Sequence record: JX483878.1
Direction: 5' to 3' (one strand)
Origin: Rhizobium phage RHEph06
DNA length: 32,000 nt
The notes under the pieces were generated by a model. That model was not told where the DNA came from and searched no databases. It was given only the letters and a program-made list of their open reading frames with translations. Position 1 is the stretch's first letter, and the number at the start of each line of letters is the position of its first letter. Both the position numbers and the translations under genes were made by a program. Positions 18,419 to 25,734 of the stretch are shown here, piece after piece.

Positions 18419-19321
18419 TCAAAAAAGTCGTTGCTCACGCGTAACAAACTTGTCGCCTTCCCATTTCTTGGATTCGGCGTACTTCGGAAAGGCCCACGCG
18501 TTCCAGGCCCAACGCGAATAGTATAGGTCACGCAATCGATCCGGGTCACCCCCGAATGCACGGATCTCGGATTCAATCGCCAGTGTCATGATCTCGGGCA
18601 AGCTGTCAAGGTGCTGGTTGCGCTGCTTGCGACGGCTCGACTTGTTCGAAACGTCAACCTGGCCCGCCTTACCTGGGATCAGGATCATACCGTTAGCCGC
18701 CCACTGCACCCAAGTCGAGGAGTCGACCGAGTACCAAGGGTAGCGGAACATGAGGGGGAGCGACGTGAGACCGAACCCGTGCACCTTGACCTTGGGCGTG
18801 CCATCCGGATGCGTGAGATGATCGGCCCAAAGGCGGTCGAGCCAAATCATCAGCTGCGGGGTCGATATCGGGACCATGCCGCCGATTGTGATATACTCAT
18901 AATTGGCGACGTAATGTTCTAACACCTCGACCGGCTCGCCGTAGTGAAAGCAGGGTAGCGGGCGAACGCCGCGGCGCTCCATCTCGGTCTGGTTCCAATA
19001 CGTGCCCTTGTAGTCGCCAATGGCGTCGAGCACCGATGGGAATTCGATGATATCGGCATTCCTGTGGATGTAATCGCAATAGGCGCCAATGTCGATGGTG
19101 ACCCCCTGAGTGAACGCCGAGAACGCACCCGAGTCTAGAAACACTTTCACGCCGTCACGCCGGATCTTTTCGACGTACCGCGGTGAGTGGATATAGTGAT
19201 ATGATTCCAGGAAGTTTTCGCAACTGTTGCGCATAGCGCGCTCTTCGTCCGTCAACCGGGAATACACTGTTCCCAGGAGGTCGAAGTTTGAGGTATAAAT
19301 GCCGGCGTTGAACAGACGCAC
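18419..19321 (-). CDS. dpdA: TGT-family DNA guanine/7-deazaguanine transglycosylase, DpdA-like
   Basis: 300 aa; VFLDSGAFSAF (compare TGT DSGGFQ), IIEFPSVLDAIGD, PCFHYGEP, YITIGGMVP (compare AIGGLSVGE), KVHGFGLTSLPLMFRYPWYSVDSSTW. Linked to que genes; lacks the tRNA-TGT CxCxxC zinc site. Confidence 0.75.
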   Translation of the reverse strand: MRLFNAGIYTSNFDLLGTVYSRLTDEERAMRNSCENFLESYHYIHSPRYVEKIRRDGVKVFLDSGAFSAFTQGVTIDIGAYCDYIHRNADIIEFPSVLDAIGDYKGTYWNQTEMERRGVRPLPCFHYGEPVEVLEHYVANYEYITIGGMVPISTPQLMIWLDRLWADHLTHPDGTPKVKVHGFGLTSLPLMFRYPWYSVDSSTWVQWAANGMILIPGKAGQVDVSNKSSRRKQRNQHLDSLPEIMTLAIESEIRAFGGDPDRLRDLYYSRWAWNAWAFPKYAESKKWEGDKFVTREQRLF

Positions 19322-19537
19322 TCAAATCTCCAAATTCTGCTTTGCTTCGTTCCACCGATTGATTGCGCCCTGCCTATGCAGGCCGGCGAGGACCGCAGCG
19401 TCGCCGAAGTCTCGAGCGAGTGCGTTGGGAAATTCCTCCATCACGTACCATGCCGCAGCGCGAAGATTTTCAGCGAGCGGCATGCGCAACTTGTGATTAA
19501 CTTCGGTGCGGATGATTTCGGCGATTTGCTCGAGCAT
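19322..19537 (-). CDS. Hypothetical protein
   Basis: 71 aa ORF abutting the dpdA-like gene. Confidence 0.4.
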   Translation of the reverse strand: MLEQIAEIIRTEVNHKLRMPLAENLRAAAWYVMEEFPNALARDFGDAAVLAGLHRQGAINRWNEAKQNLEI

Positions 19538-19538
19538 T

Positions 19539-19772
19539 TTAATATCTCACCGCTTTGCCCAAATGACCGTCAAGTTGCATCAGCCCGAGTGCGTTATCAA
19601 GTTCGCTCCAACGCTGGTAATCTTCTGAACTCAAATCATGGATGCTTTCGCCTTCGTTCGGATCGCAAATTGCTTCACGTTCGTCAAGAGCGAGACGGTA
19701 TTCTTTGGTGCAAGGAGTATAACCCATGCCGTTAGGAAAATGTACTCGGTGGTTGTGCTCAAGAATAGACAT
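19539..19772 (-). CDS. Hypothetical protein
   Basis: 77 aa, leader AAGAGGAACCCCGCAATG, preceded by a consensus-like promoter. Confidence 0.45.
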   Translation of the reverse strand: MSILEHNHRVHFPNGMGYTPCTKEYRLALDEREAICDPNEGESIHDLSSEDYQRWSELDNALGLMQLDGHLGKAVRY

Positions 19773-19775
19773 TGC

Positions 19776-19814
19776 GGGGTTCCTCTTGTTGATGATTAAT
19801 CTTAGAGGAACCCC
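19776..19814. repeat. Perfect 11-bp inverted repeat GGGGTTCCTCT/AGAGGAACCCC, 17-nt loop
   Basis: + strand ggggttcctct 19776-19786 and agaggaacccc 19804-19814. One arm contains the RBS of the 19772 gene; the other lies in the promoter spacer. Confidence 0.9.
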
Positions 19815-19827
19815 TATCTTTTGTCAA
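19799..19827 (-). promoter_or_regulatory. Sigma70-like promoter TTGACA-N17-TAAGAT
   Basis: tgtcaa at 19822-19827 and atctta at 19799-19804 on the + strand, 17-bp spacer. Confidence 0.75.
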
Positions 19828-20387
19828 GAGGCGAGTCTTAAGAACTCGGCGCGCGGATCGCCTTCTTTCATGACGCCGCGAAGTGCGCTGGTGACTGTGT
19901 GGTGCCCCTGCTGGCAGATCCCACGGGACTCCATGCACATATGCCGGCATTTGAGCAAGACGCCGACGCCGCGCGGTTTGAGCTCGGATTCGAAAAGCGC
20001 GTTGGCGATCTGCACCGTCAATCGTTCCTGAACCTGGAGGCGTCGAGCGAACACGTTAGCCACTCGGCTGAGTTTCGAAAGCCCAAGAACGCGCCCATCC
20101 GGAATGTAAGCAATAGTCGCCGTGCCGAAGATGTCGGCAAGGTGATGCTCGCATTTCGAATAGATCGGAATGTCCTTGACCAAGACCATCTCGTCATAGG
20201 CACCTTCCTCGAAAGACTTCATGAAGTCGGCGGCATCCTGGGTGTAACCCTCGCCCCATTTTTCCCACGCCTTGGCGAACCGTTCGGGGGTGTCGAGCAA
20301 CCCTTCCCGGGTGTCGTCCTCGCCGATGGCGCGAAAGATGAAACCCGCCGCCTGAGCGGCGTCCTTGCGCTTGAGGGGATTATCCAT
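19824..20387 (-). CDS. folE: GTP cyclohydrolase I
   Basis: 187 aa from ATG at 20387 (MDNPLKRKDAAQAAGFIFRAIGEDDTREGLLDTPERFAKAW...KDIPIYSKCEHHLADIFGTATIAYIPDGRVLGLSKLSRV). Confidence 0.93.
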   Translation of the reverse strand: MDNPLKRKDAAQAAGFIFRAIGEDDTREGLLDTPERFAKAWEKWGEGYTQDAADFMKSFEEGAYDEMVLVKDIPIYSKCEHHLADIFGTATIAYIPDGRVLGLSKLSRVANVFARRLQVQERLTVQIANALFESELKPRGVGVLLKCRHMCMESRGICQQGHHTVTSALRGVMKEGDPRAEFLRLAS

Positions 20388-20880
20388 TTCTTGCCCAATT
20401 CCTATTCTTGACCTGTTGGCGCCAGTCTTGGCCCAGGTAAATTGCTGAGTTTGCGCCGTGCTCGGCGACTTCCACAGAGGCGAGGAAGACGCGTTCGCCG
20501 TGGGGCGTTCGGTTGATGAGCCAATCGTAGACCGCCCCGTAGATCCACTTGGCGAATGCTTCGCACCCGACAGCCGGCAGGACGACAACGTCTGCAAGAC
20601 CGAGGCCCGAAAGCTGCCCGAGTGATTCCAAGTCGGGATCGTCCTGGGCGACAACCAACTTATGATCGAAGTGGTTTTGCAGAAGCTCTTTCACTTCTTT
20701 CAAGCTGCCGAAATCGATCACCCAATTCCGGTCGTCCAATTCATCCGCCTCAAACTCGAGGCGAACCGAAAGCGCGTACCCGTGAAGCAGGGCGCAATGG
20801 GATTGCGCGCGCCACTGGCGGAAGCAGCACGACAAACCAATGTCGTGCCCGTAAGTCTTTGTTGAACGGAAGGGCATCAA
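20380..20880 (-). CDS. queD: 6-carboxy-tetrahydropterin synthase, QueD-like (divergent metal site)
   Basis: 166 aa; SHCALLHGYALSVRLEFEADELDDRNWVIDFGSLKEV...NHFDHKLV...LASVEVAEHGANSAIYLG; located between folE and queC. Confidence 0.85.
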   Translation of the reverse strand: MMPFRSTKTYGHDIGLSCCFRQWRAQSHCALLHGYALSVRLEFEADELDDRNWVIDFGSLKEVKELLQNHFDHKLVVAQDDPDLESLGQLSGLGLADVVVLPAVGCEAFAKWIYGAVYDWLINRTPHGERVFLASVEVAEHGANSAIYLGQDWRQQVKNRNWARNG

Positions 20881-21713
20881 GCACGCTCGCCCATGAACGG
20901 CAGGTAATCACCAGCCCAGTCAACCATGTCAGACGAGTAGTTCGGGGTCGCAGGAAGATCCATGAGCTCTTCGGCGACGGCGCGAAGGACCAACGGGTCG
21001 GGAACGTCGGCTTCCTCGAACCCGTGGGCACGAAGAACAGACGCGTGATCCTTGCCGGTCGGCGGGTACTTGCCGTCATATGCGGTATGCGAATACGCCA
21101 GCGCGGCGTAAGTGTGCGGATGCGCCAGCGCGAACTTGATGCTTTCCGCCTTGCTCATGTTCATGAGCGGGGTGGCAATGCGGAAGTGATCGTATGCGGA
21201 CCGGTCGAGACCGAGGGCGAGGTTAATCGTGTCCTCGGCCGAGCGAATGAAGACATCTCGGCAATCGGGATAGTTTGCGTTGTCGGCCTGGCAAACACCC
21301 GTGACCAGCACACCGCAGCCGGCGACGACGGCGCGATTGGCGGCGAGCATGAGGAAGACAGCATTGCGCATCGGCACAAAGGTCTTCTCAACCCGGTCGC
21401 CGATGATGGCTTCCATTTGATCGTGATTCTCGTATGTCTCGAGCTCGTCGGCGTCGCTGGTCAACGGGGATGTGCCGGCGAAAGCGTTTGCGCCGATCAT
21501 GACGATTTCGTGAGGGATGAACCGATCAAGCTTGGCCTGGAAATGCGCGACAACAGCGGCCGCGGCCTTGAGTTCGATTGAGTGACGCTGCCCATAGTGG
21601 AACGAGACGCAGTGCACTTTCTCGTAATTGTTGAGCGCCCAGCCCAGGCAGGTGGTGGAATCCTGACCGCCCGAAAGGACGACCATGGCGTGATTGGAAT
21701 TGATTTGGGACAT
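20877..21713 (-). CDS. queC: 7-cyano-7-deazaguanine synthase, QueC-like (zinc cysteines absent)
   Basis: 278 aa; PP-loop MVVLSGGQDSTTCLGWAL, SFHYGQRHSIEL, VPMRNAVFLMLAAN, MNMSKAES. Confidence 0.9.
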   Translation of the reverse strand: MSQINSNHAMVVLSGGQDSTTCLGWALNNYEKVHCVSFHYGQRHSIELKAAAAVVAHFQAKLDRFIPHEIVMIGANAFAGTSPLTSDADELETYENHDQMEAIIGDRVEKTFVPMRNAVFLMLAANRAVVAGCGVLVTGVCQADNANYPDCRDVFIRSAEDTINLALGLDRSAYDHFRIATPLMNMSKAESIKFALAHPHTYAALAYSHTAYDGKYPPTGKDHASVLRAHGFEEADVPDPLVLRAVAEELMDLPATPNYSSDMVDWAGDYLPFMGERA

Positions 21714-21725
21714 CGAAGAGGTTCC

Positions 21726-22463
21726 TTATTCAAGGTTCATGAGTTTATGCATCTGCACGCCGGCGATATAGCCGAACTTCATGCAGCTGCGAGCGACGGC
21801 ATCGAGATTCTTTTTATTATCTTCGACGTTGCCAGCGTCAAAGGGATTGAGGTAGACGGGAACGAACGGGTTCGGCGGGCGGGCGACGCCGCCAGCGGCC
21901 TTGTGTTGCAGCGCGCGGATCGGCAACCCATCCTCGGCGACCTCCCTGTGGTCGAGAACGTATTTGAAACACGTTGCCAACCTGGAGCACACCTCATGAA
22001 CTCGGTTCGTTTTCGGGCTCACGACTAGTTTGGTGTGAGCCTGCCGTGTGACCAGATATCGGGTGAGGATCGGGTCAGGTTCGAAGACGCCATTGCTTTC
22101 GACCTGGACGACGTAACCCGCCAAGACCAAATTCATGACCAGCGGCCCTATCTGTTGGCGCAACGGCTCGCCGCCAGTGATGACAACCAACAAGGGGCCT
22201 TGCAGCTGCCTTGTGCCGGCGTTGTGTTCTTGAGCGAGCAAATCAATCTTGCTCTGGATGTCGAATAGCGACGCTTCTTTGCGTCCTTCCGTGTACTCGG
22301 TGTCACAACCTGGGCATTGCAAGTTGCACCCGGCGAGGCGAACGAAGATCGCTCGATGCCCGGCAAAGGGGCCTTCGCCTTGGATTGTGAAGAAGTATGA
22401 ATGGACGTCAAGGGATTGGAAGCCATCGCTCTTCGAGCGAGGTTCTGGTTTTTGATTATTCAA
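21726..22463 (-). CDS. queE: 7-carboxy-7-deazaguanine synthase, radical SAM (apparent TTG start)
   Basis: 245 aa; FTIQGEGPFAGHRAIFVRLAGCNLQCPGCDTEY with CX3CX2C, ITGGEP. Confidence 0.92.
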   Translation of the reverse strand: MNNQKPEPRSKSDGFQSLDVHSYFFTIQGEGPFAGHRAIFVRLAGCNLQCPGCDTEYTEGRKEASLFDIQSKIDLLAQEHNAGTRQLQGPLLVVITGGEPLRQQIGPLVMNLVLAGYVVQVESNGVFEPDPILTRYLVTRQAHTKLVVSPKTNRVHEVCSRLATCFKYVLDHREVAEDGLPIRALQHKAAGGVARPPNPFVPVYLNPFDAGNVEDNKKNLDAVARSCMKFGYIAGVQMHKLMNLE

Positions 22464-22514
22464 GGTGTGACCTACCTTTAGCGATGTAATGAATTTACAA
22501 TGTCACAATACGAA

Positions 22515-22542
22515 ATGAGGGAGATTTATCAACCTCCCTCAT
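22515..22542 (-). terminator. Hairpin, possible terminator after the 22558 gene
   Basis: atgagggag 22515-22523 and ctccctcat 22534-22542, perfect 9-bp stem. Only a weak T tract (CATTTCG) on the - strand. Confidence 0.4.
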
Positions 22543-22557
22543 GGGCGCTTTCAGGCG

Positions 22558-23022
22558 CTACTTGCCGCCCTTGCCGCCTTTTCCACCGCCATGGTCGTCA
22601 TTGCCGCCACCGTTATCGCCGGTGCCATGATTGCCGCCACCGTTGCCGGGATTAGACGGATCGCTGTGCCCATCGTCGTTCCCGTGACCGTTATCATCGT
22701 GGTCATGGTCGTGGCCGTGTCCGTTGTCGTCGCCTGGGTCGCAAGGGCCGGTCGGATCCGTGGGACCTGTTGGATCGGTCGGTGTGCTGGGCGTGCTCGG
22801 GGTCGAGGGTGACGCCGGCGAAGCAGGCGCAGACGCACCGCCCTTGTGCTTCATCGCCGGTCCCGAGCTGGTGCTGCCGTGGGTCCAACCGCCGCTGCAA
22901 TCCGTCGAGTTGAACTGGCCGGTGAAGATGTTGTAAAAACGGCATTCGCGTTGCTGAGCGGCGAAGACCGAGGTAGACGACATGAGCACAACGAAAGCCG
23001 CTGTTGTCAAGATGATACGCAT
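22558..23022 (-). CDS. Secreted low-complexity protein (signal peptide; Pro/Thr linker; Gly/His/Asp-rich tail)
   Basis: ATG at 23022 gives MRIILTTAAFVVLMSSTSVFAAQQRECRFYNIFTGQFNSTDCSGG...; tail DDNGHGHDHDHDDNGHGNDDGH...GGGKGGKGGK. Confidence 0.6.
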   Translation of the reverse strand: MRIILTTAAFVVLMSSTSVFAAQQRECRFYNIFTGQFNSTDCSGGWTHGSTSSGPAMKHKGGASAPASPASPSTPSTPSTPTDPTGPTDPTGPCDPGDDNGHGHDHDHDDNGHGNDDGHSDPSNPGNGGGNHGTGDNGGGNDDHGGGKGGKGGK

Positions 23023-23083
23023 TTCAATTCCTTTCCCAATCGGACGGAAGTGTCCGGATGAGGGGCCGAAGCCCCTCGCCAAG

Positions 23084-23380
23084 CTACTTCTTGTTAATCG
23101 CCCTCGCTGTGAGCGCCCGTGCCACGTCGAACTCAAGGATCAACTTGTCCACAGAGGCGGGCACCGCGGGGCCGTTGGCGCAGAGCTCGAAAGCGTAGTC
23201 GCCCCAATCATCCGAGATTGTCAACGACACTTCGCCAGTCGTGAGTTCTTCGCACTCGAACCTGAACCCGTGGCTCAAGATGTGATCGGCCTTGGCGACG
23301 ACATGAGCTGGGCGATCGATCGAGATGATCTGCTTGCGCCCATCCGGGCGCAAGTATTGGGTGAAATAGACGTTAGGCAT
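23084..23380 (-). CDS. Hypothetical protein
   Basis: 98-aa ORF in the tightly packed - strand cluster. Confidence 0.45.
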   Translation of the reverse strand: MPNVYFTQYLRPDGRKQIISIDRPAHVVAKADHILSHGFRFECEELTTGEVSLTISDDWGDYAFELCANGPAVPASVDKLILEFDVARALTARAINKK

Positions 23381-23383
23381 GGT

Positions 23384-23650
23384 TCACGCCTTCCCTGTGA
23401 TTTTGTCGAGAAGTGCTTTGACCACTTTCGCTTCATCACCGCGCCAGCCGGACAGGTTGGACCGAACGTAGAGCGCTTGCGTCCGTGCTTCTTGCGTTAC
23501 GGTTTCGCGACTGGTTGCATTCGGCAACTCGAGTCCGTACTTGGCGTATAACGCAGCATAGTCGATGCCGAGGCTACGTTTTCCGACACGGGAATGAGAA
23601 ACCGAAATGATCTTTCGGTACGCGTCATGCAAGGATTTGATTTCTGACAT
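23384..23650 (-). CDS. Hypothetical protein
   Basis: Internal ATG (MSEIKSLHDAYRK...) preceded by GGAGAACCCCT. Confidence 0.45.
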   Translation of the reverse strand: MSEIKSLHDAYRKIISVSHSRVGKRSLGIDYAALYAKYGLELPNATSRETVTQEARTQALYVRSNLSGWRGDEAKVVKALLDKITGKA

Positions 23651-23735
23651 AGGGGTTCTCCGTGGTTTGAAATCCAAGTCTCACGCTGCCAACGTGAGAC
23701 TTCAATAAGAGCGAGTTCGGCTACGTGGTCCGGGG

Positions 23736-23951
23736 TCACAGCTCGTAATCCGCTTCCCTGAGCCCCATGCAATAACGAGCCCGGGCATAGAAGACGGCGC
23801 GATGGTTTTGCCAACCAGCCGCGGCATCGATGTATCCGTCCGCGATGTCCTCGACCACCATCTCATGCGAGATCGCGGCGTTCTCCTGCCGCTTTTCGGC
23901 AGTGAAGTTTTCAGACGGGGGAATTTGATCTTCGTAAGCTTTCGGTGCCAT
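23736..23951 (-). CDS. Hypothetical protein
   Basis: 71 aa, leader GAAAGGAACCCTATATG. Confidence 0.45.
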   Translation of the reverse strand: MAPKAYEDQIPPSENFTAEKRQENAAISHEMVVEDIADGYIDAAAGWQNHRAVFYARARYCMGLREADYEL

Positions 23952-23969
23952 ATAGGGTTCCTTTCGAGG

Positions 23970-24113
23970 TTAGCCGATGAACACGTTTGCCCAGCGGGCA
24001 ACACGACCGGTCAGGGTGGCGCGAACCTGGGCAATCGCTTCGGCTTCATTACGGGCAGTTACGTACACTTCGGTTTCGTTGCCGCCGTAGTTGATTGAAA
24101 CGAGGTAGGTCAT
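23970..24113 (-). CDS. Hypothetical 47-aa protein not in the ORF track
   Basis: Hand translation: MTYLVSINYGGNETEVYVTARNEAEAIAQVRATLTGRVARWANVFIG*. Leader AAAAGGGAACAACGCAA; promoter-like element upstream. Confidence 0.55.
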   Translation of the reverse strand: MTYLVSINYGGNETEVYVTARNEAEAIAQVRATLTGRVARWANVFIG

Positions 24114-24139
24114 TTGCGTTGTTCCCTTTTCGATGATTT

Positions 24140-24168
24140 GTTATCCCATCTTCGGATGAGATCGGCAA
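24140..24168 (-). promoter_or_regulatory. Promoter-like element TTGCCG-N17-GATAAC
   Basis: gttatc 24140-24145 and cggcaa 24163-24168. cgatgatttgttatcNcatc at 24131-24150 matches 14346-14365 at 19 of 20 positions. Confidence 0.6.
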
Positions 24169-24180
24169 CCGGCAAACGGA

Positions 24181-24210
24181 AAAAGGGCGCCGATTTCTCG
24201 ACGCCCTTTT
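24181..24210. terminator. Rho-independent terminator, potentially bidirectional
   Basis: aaaagggcgccgatttctcgacgccctttt: AAAAGGGCG/CGCCCTTTT arms with inner CGA/TCG pairing and a flanking T run. Confidence 0.8.
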
Positions 24211-24244
24211 CTGTCCTCGACTGAGCGGAACCCCTTCCAAGAAC

Positions 24245-24847
24245 TCAGGAGGCAGTGTTGGCTTTCGCAGCGGCCGCTTCGTCTGCGGCCTTCTTGGCGA
24301 CTGCGGCTTCGGCGGCTTTCGCTTCCTTCGCCGCCTTGGCTTCTTCCGCCTTCTTTTCCTTGGCCGCCTTGGCCTCGGCGGCCTTGCGTTCGCGTTCCGC
24401 CGCCTTCTCGGCCTTGGCGTCGGCCTCCGCCTTCTTCTTCGCTTCCTTCTCAGCCTTGGCGGCTTCGGTCGCCTTCACCTTCTCGGCCTGGCGGGCGCTG
24501 GTTTCCTCAGCGCGGGCCTTCCGCAGGATGTCGGCAACGCCGTGATAGGAAACCCAACGGGCGTACTGAGTATTCGCCGTCGCCGCGTTGGCATTCGGGA
24601 CCTCGGCGAGGTAGCGGTCGACAACGTCTTTGCGGGGCGCCGGGCGGCCGAGCGATTCCGAAATGGCGTCGGCGATGTCCCAGAGCTTGCCCGTGATCGA
24701 GCCGGCGTCCGGACGCTTGATGCCGTTCTGCTTGAGCACGGTCTTGGTTTCGGTGACCGGGGCGGGGGCCGCGGCAGCGCCGGCGCCTTCGGCGGAGAAG
24801 CAAACGCCGGCGAGCAGGGCGGCGGTGGAGAGGTACAACTTGCGCAT
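24245..24847 (-). CDS. TANTQYARW-module protein (paralog 3) with signal-like N-terminus and Ala/Lys/Glu-rich tail
   Basis: 200 aa: MRKLYLSTAALLAGVCFSAEGAGAAAAP...KDVVDRYLAEVPNANAATANTQYARWVSYHG...EAKAAKEAKAAEAAVAKK. RBS AAAGGA. Confidence 0.65.
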   Translation of the reverse strand: MRKLYLSTAALLAGVCFSAEGAGAAAAPAPVTETKTVLKQNGIKRPDAGSITGKLWDIADAISESLGRPAPRKDVVDRYLAEVPNANAATANTQYARWVSYHGVADILRKARAEETSARQAEKVKATEAAKAEKEAKKKAEADAKAEKAAERERKAAEAKAAKEKKAEEAKAAKEAKAAEAAVAKKAADEAAAAKANTAS

Positions 24848-24959
24848 TTCGGTGTCCTTTATTTGACAGGGTGTAGATTCGAGAGACGCTCAATCAGCGC
24901 CGGGCAATTCGATCCTAAAAGATTTCGATGAATTGCCTAGCGCAAAAATTGGGATCCGA

Positions 24960-25484
24960 TTACTTTCGTTCCTTGTTCCACTTGTAGTACTGAGTGGAAG
25001 CGGTCGAGGGGTTGACGCCGGCAGCAACGCAAGCGGCGATAACCGCCTTACGATCCTGGCCAACCATTTCGTCGGCGATGCGCCAAACCGTCTTGACAGG
25101 CGATTCCGCGTCCGACTTGGCCCGTGGGCCGGCGACGGTCGAAGAACGCGCCCGATGCTCGAAATTGTCAGCCGCACCCTCGGCCCAGAGGGAAGGGGTG
25201 ATGGGCTCGCAGCGAAACGGAATGCCCTCGGGCAGTTCCGATTTGAGGCAAGTCACAATCAAGACGCCTTCGTACCCAGGTTTGCGCCCTTCATCGATAT
25301 GCTGGATCTCGACGTGAGACACGAAGTCCTGAGCGGCGGCGTAGTCTCGGGCGAGCTGGTCATCGCCGGGCATCTCAACCAGCTTCCACCCGAACCCGGG
25401 CATGTTGACCGACCAGAAAGAGTGGATGTTCTGGCGCTTTGCGAAGCGTGCGACCTGGCCGCGTGTTGCGTAATACTTGGTCAT
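24960..25484 (-). CDS. TASTQYYKW-module protein (paralog 4)
   Basis: 174 aa ending KTVWRIADEMVGQDRKAVIAACVAAGVNPSTASTQYYKWNKERK. Leader GAAAGGAACCCCTCATG. Confidence 0.65.
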   Translation of the reverse strand: MTKYYATRGQVARFAKRQNIHSFWSVNMPGFGWKLVEMPGDDQLARDYAAAQDFVSHVEIQHIDEGRKPGYEGVLIVTCLKSELPEGIPFRCEPITPSLWAEGAADNFEHRARSSTVAGPRAKSDAESPVKTVWRIADEMVGQDRKAVIAACVAAGVNPSTASTQYYKWNKERK

Positions 25485-25496
25485 GAGGGGTTCCTT

Positions 25497-25706
25497 TCAG
25501 AGATCGAAGCGATGAACGAGCGTGTAGTCGGTTTCATCAGATGAAAACATGTTATCGAACATGCTCAAAAGATGGTCAATTTCCTTACGCTGTTTTTCGT
25601 CAGCGCCCAGATAACCTTGAATGCGGCACGCTTCAAGCGCGGTAATTACGTGCATTCGCTGTGTTTCGGTCATACGCAAAGCGTAAGTGCGTTCTTCGTC
25701 GGTCAT
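25497..25706 (-). CDS. Hypothetical protein
   Basis: 69 aa ORF; TTGCAG-17-GATAAC upstream. Confidence 0.45.
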   Translation of the reverse strand: MTDEERTYALRMTETQRMHVITALEACRIQGYLGADEKQRKEIDHLLSMFDNMFSSDETDYTLVHRFDL

Positions 25707-25734
25707 GTGAAATCCCTTTTATTTCGATAGATAT

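Noticed and set aside
20556-21581. 341-aa + strand ORF
   Set aside because: Antisense to clear QueC and QueD genes.
22690-22840. Short tandem-like DNA repeats in the linker-coding region
   Set aside because: Explained as codons of the Pro/Thr/Asp-rich low-complexity linker; not an independent repeat element.
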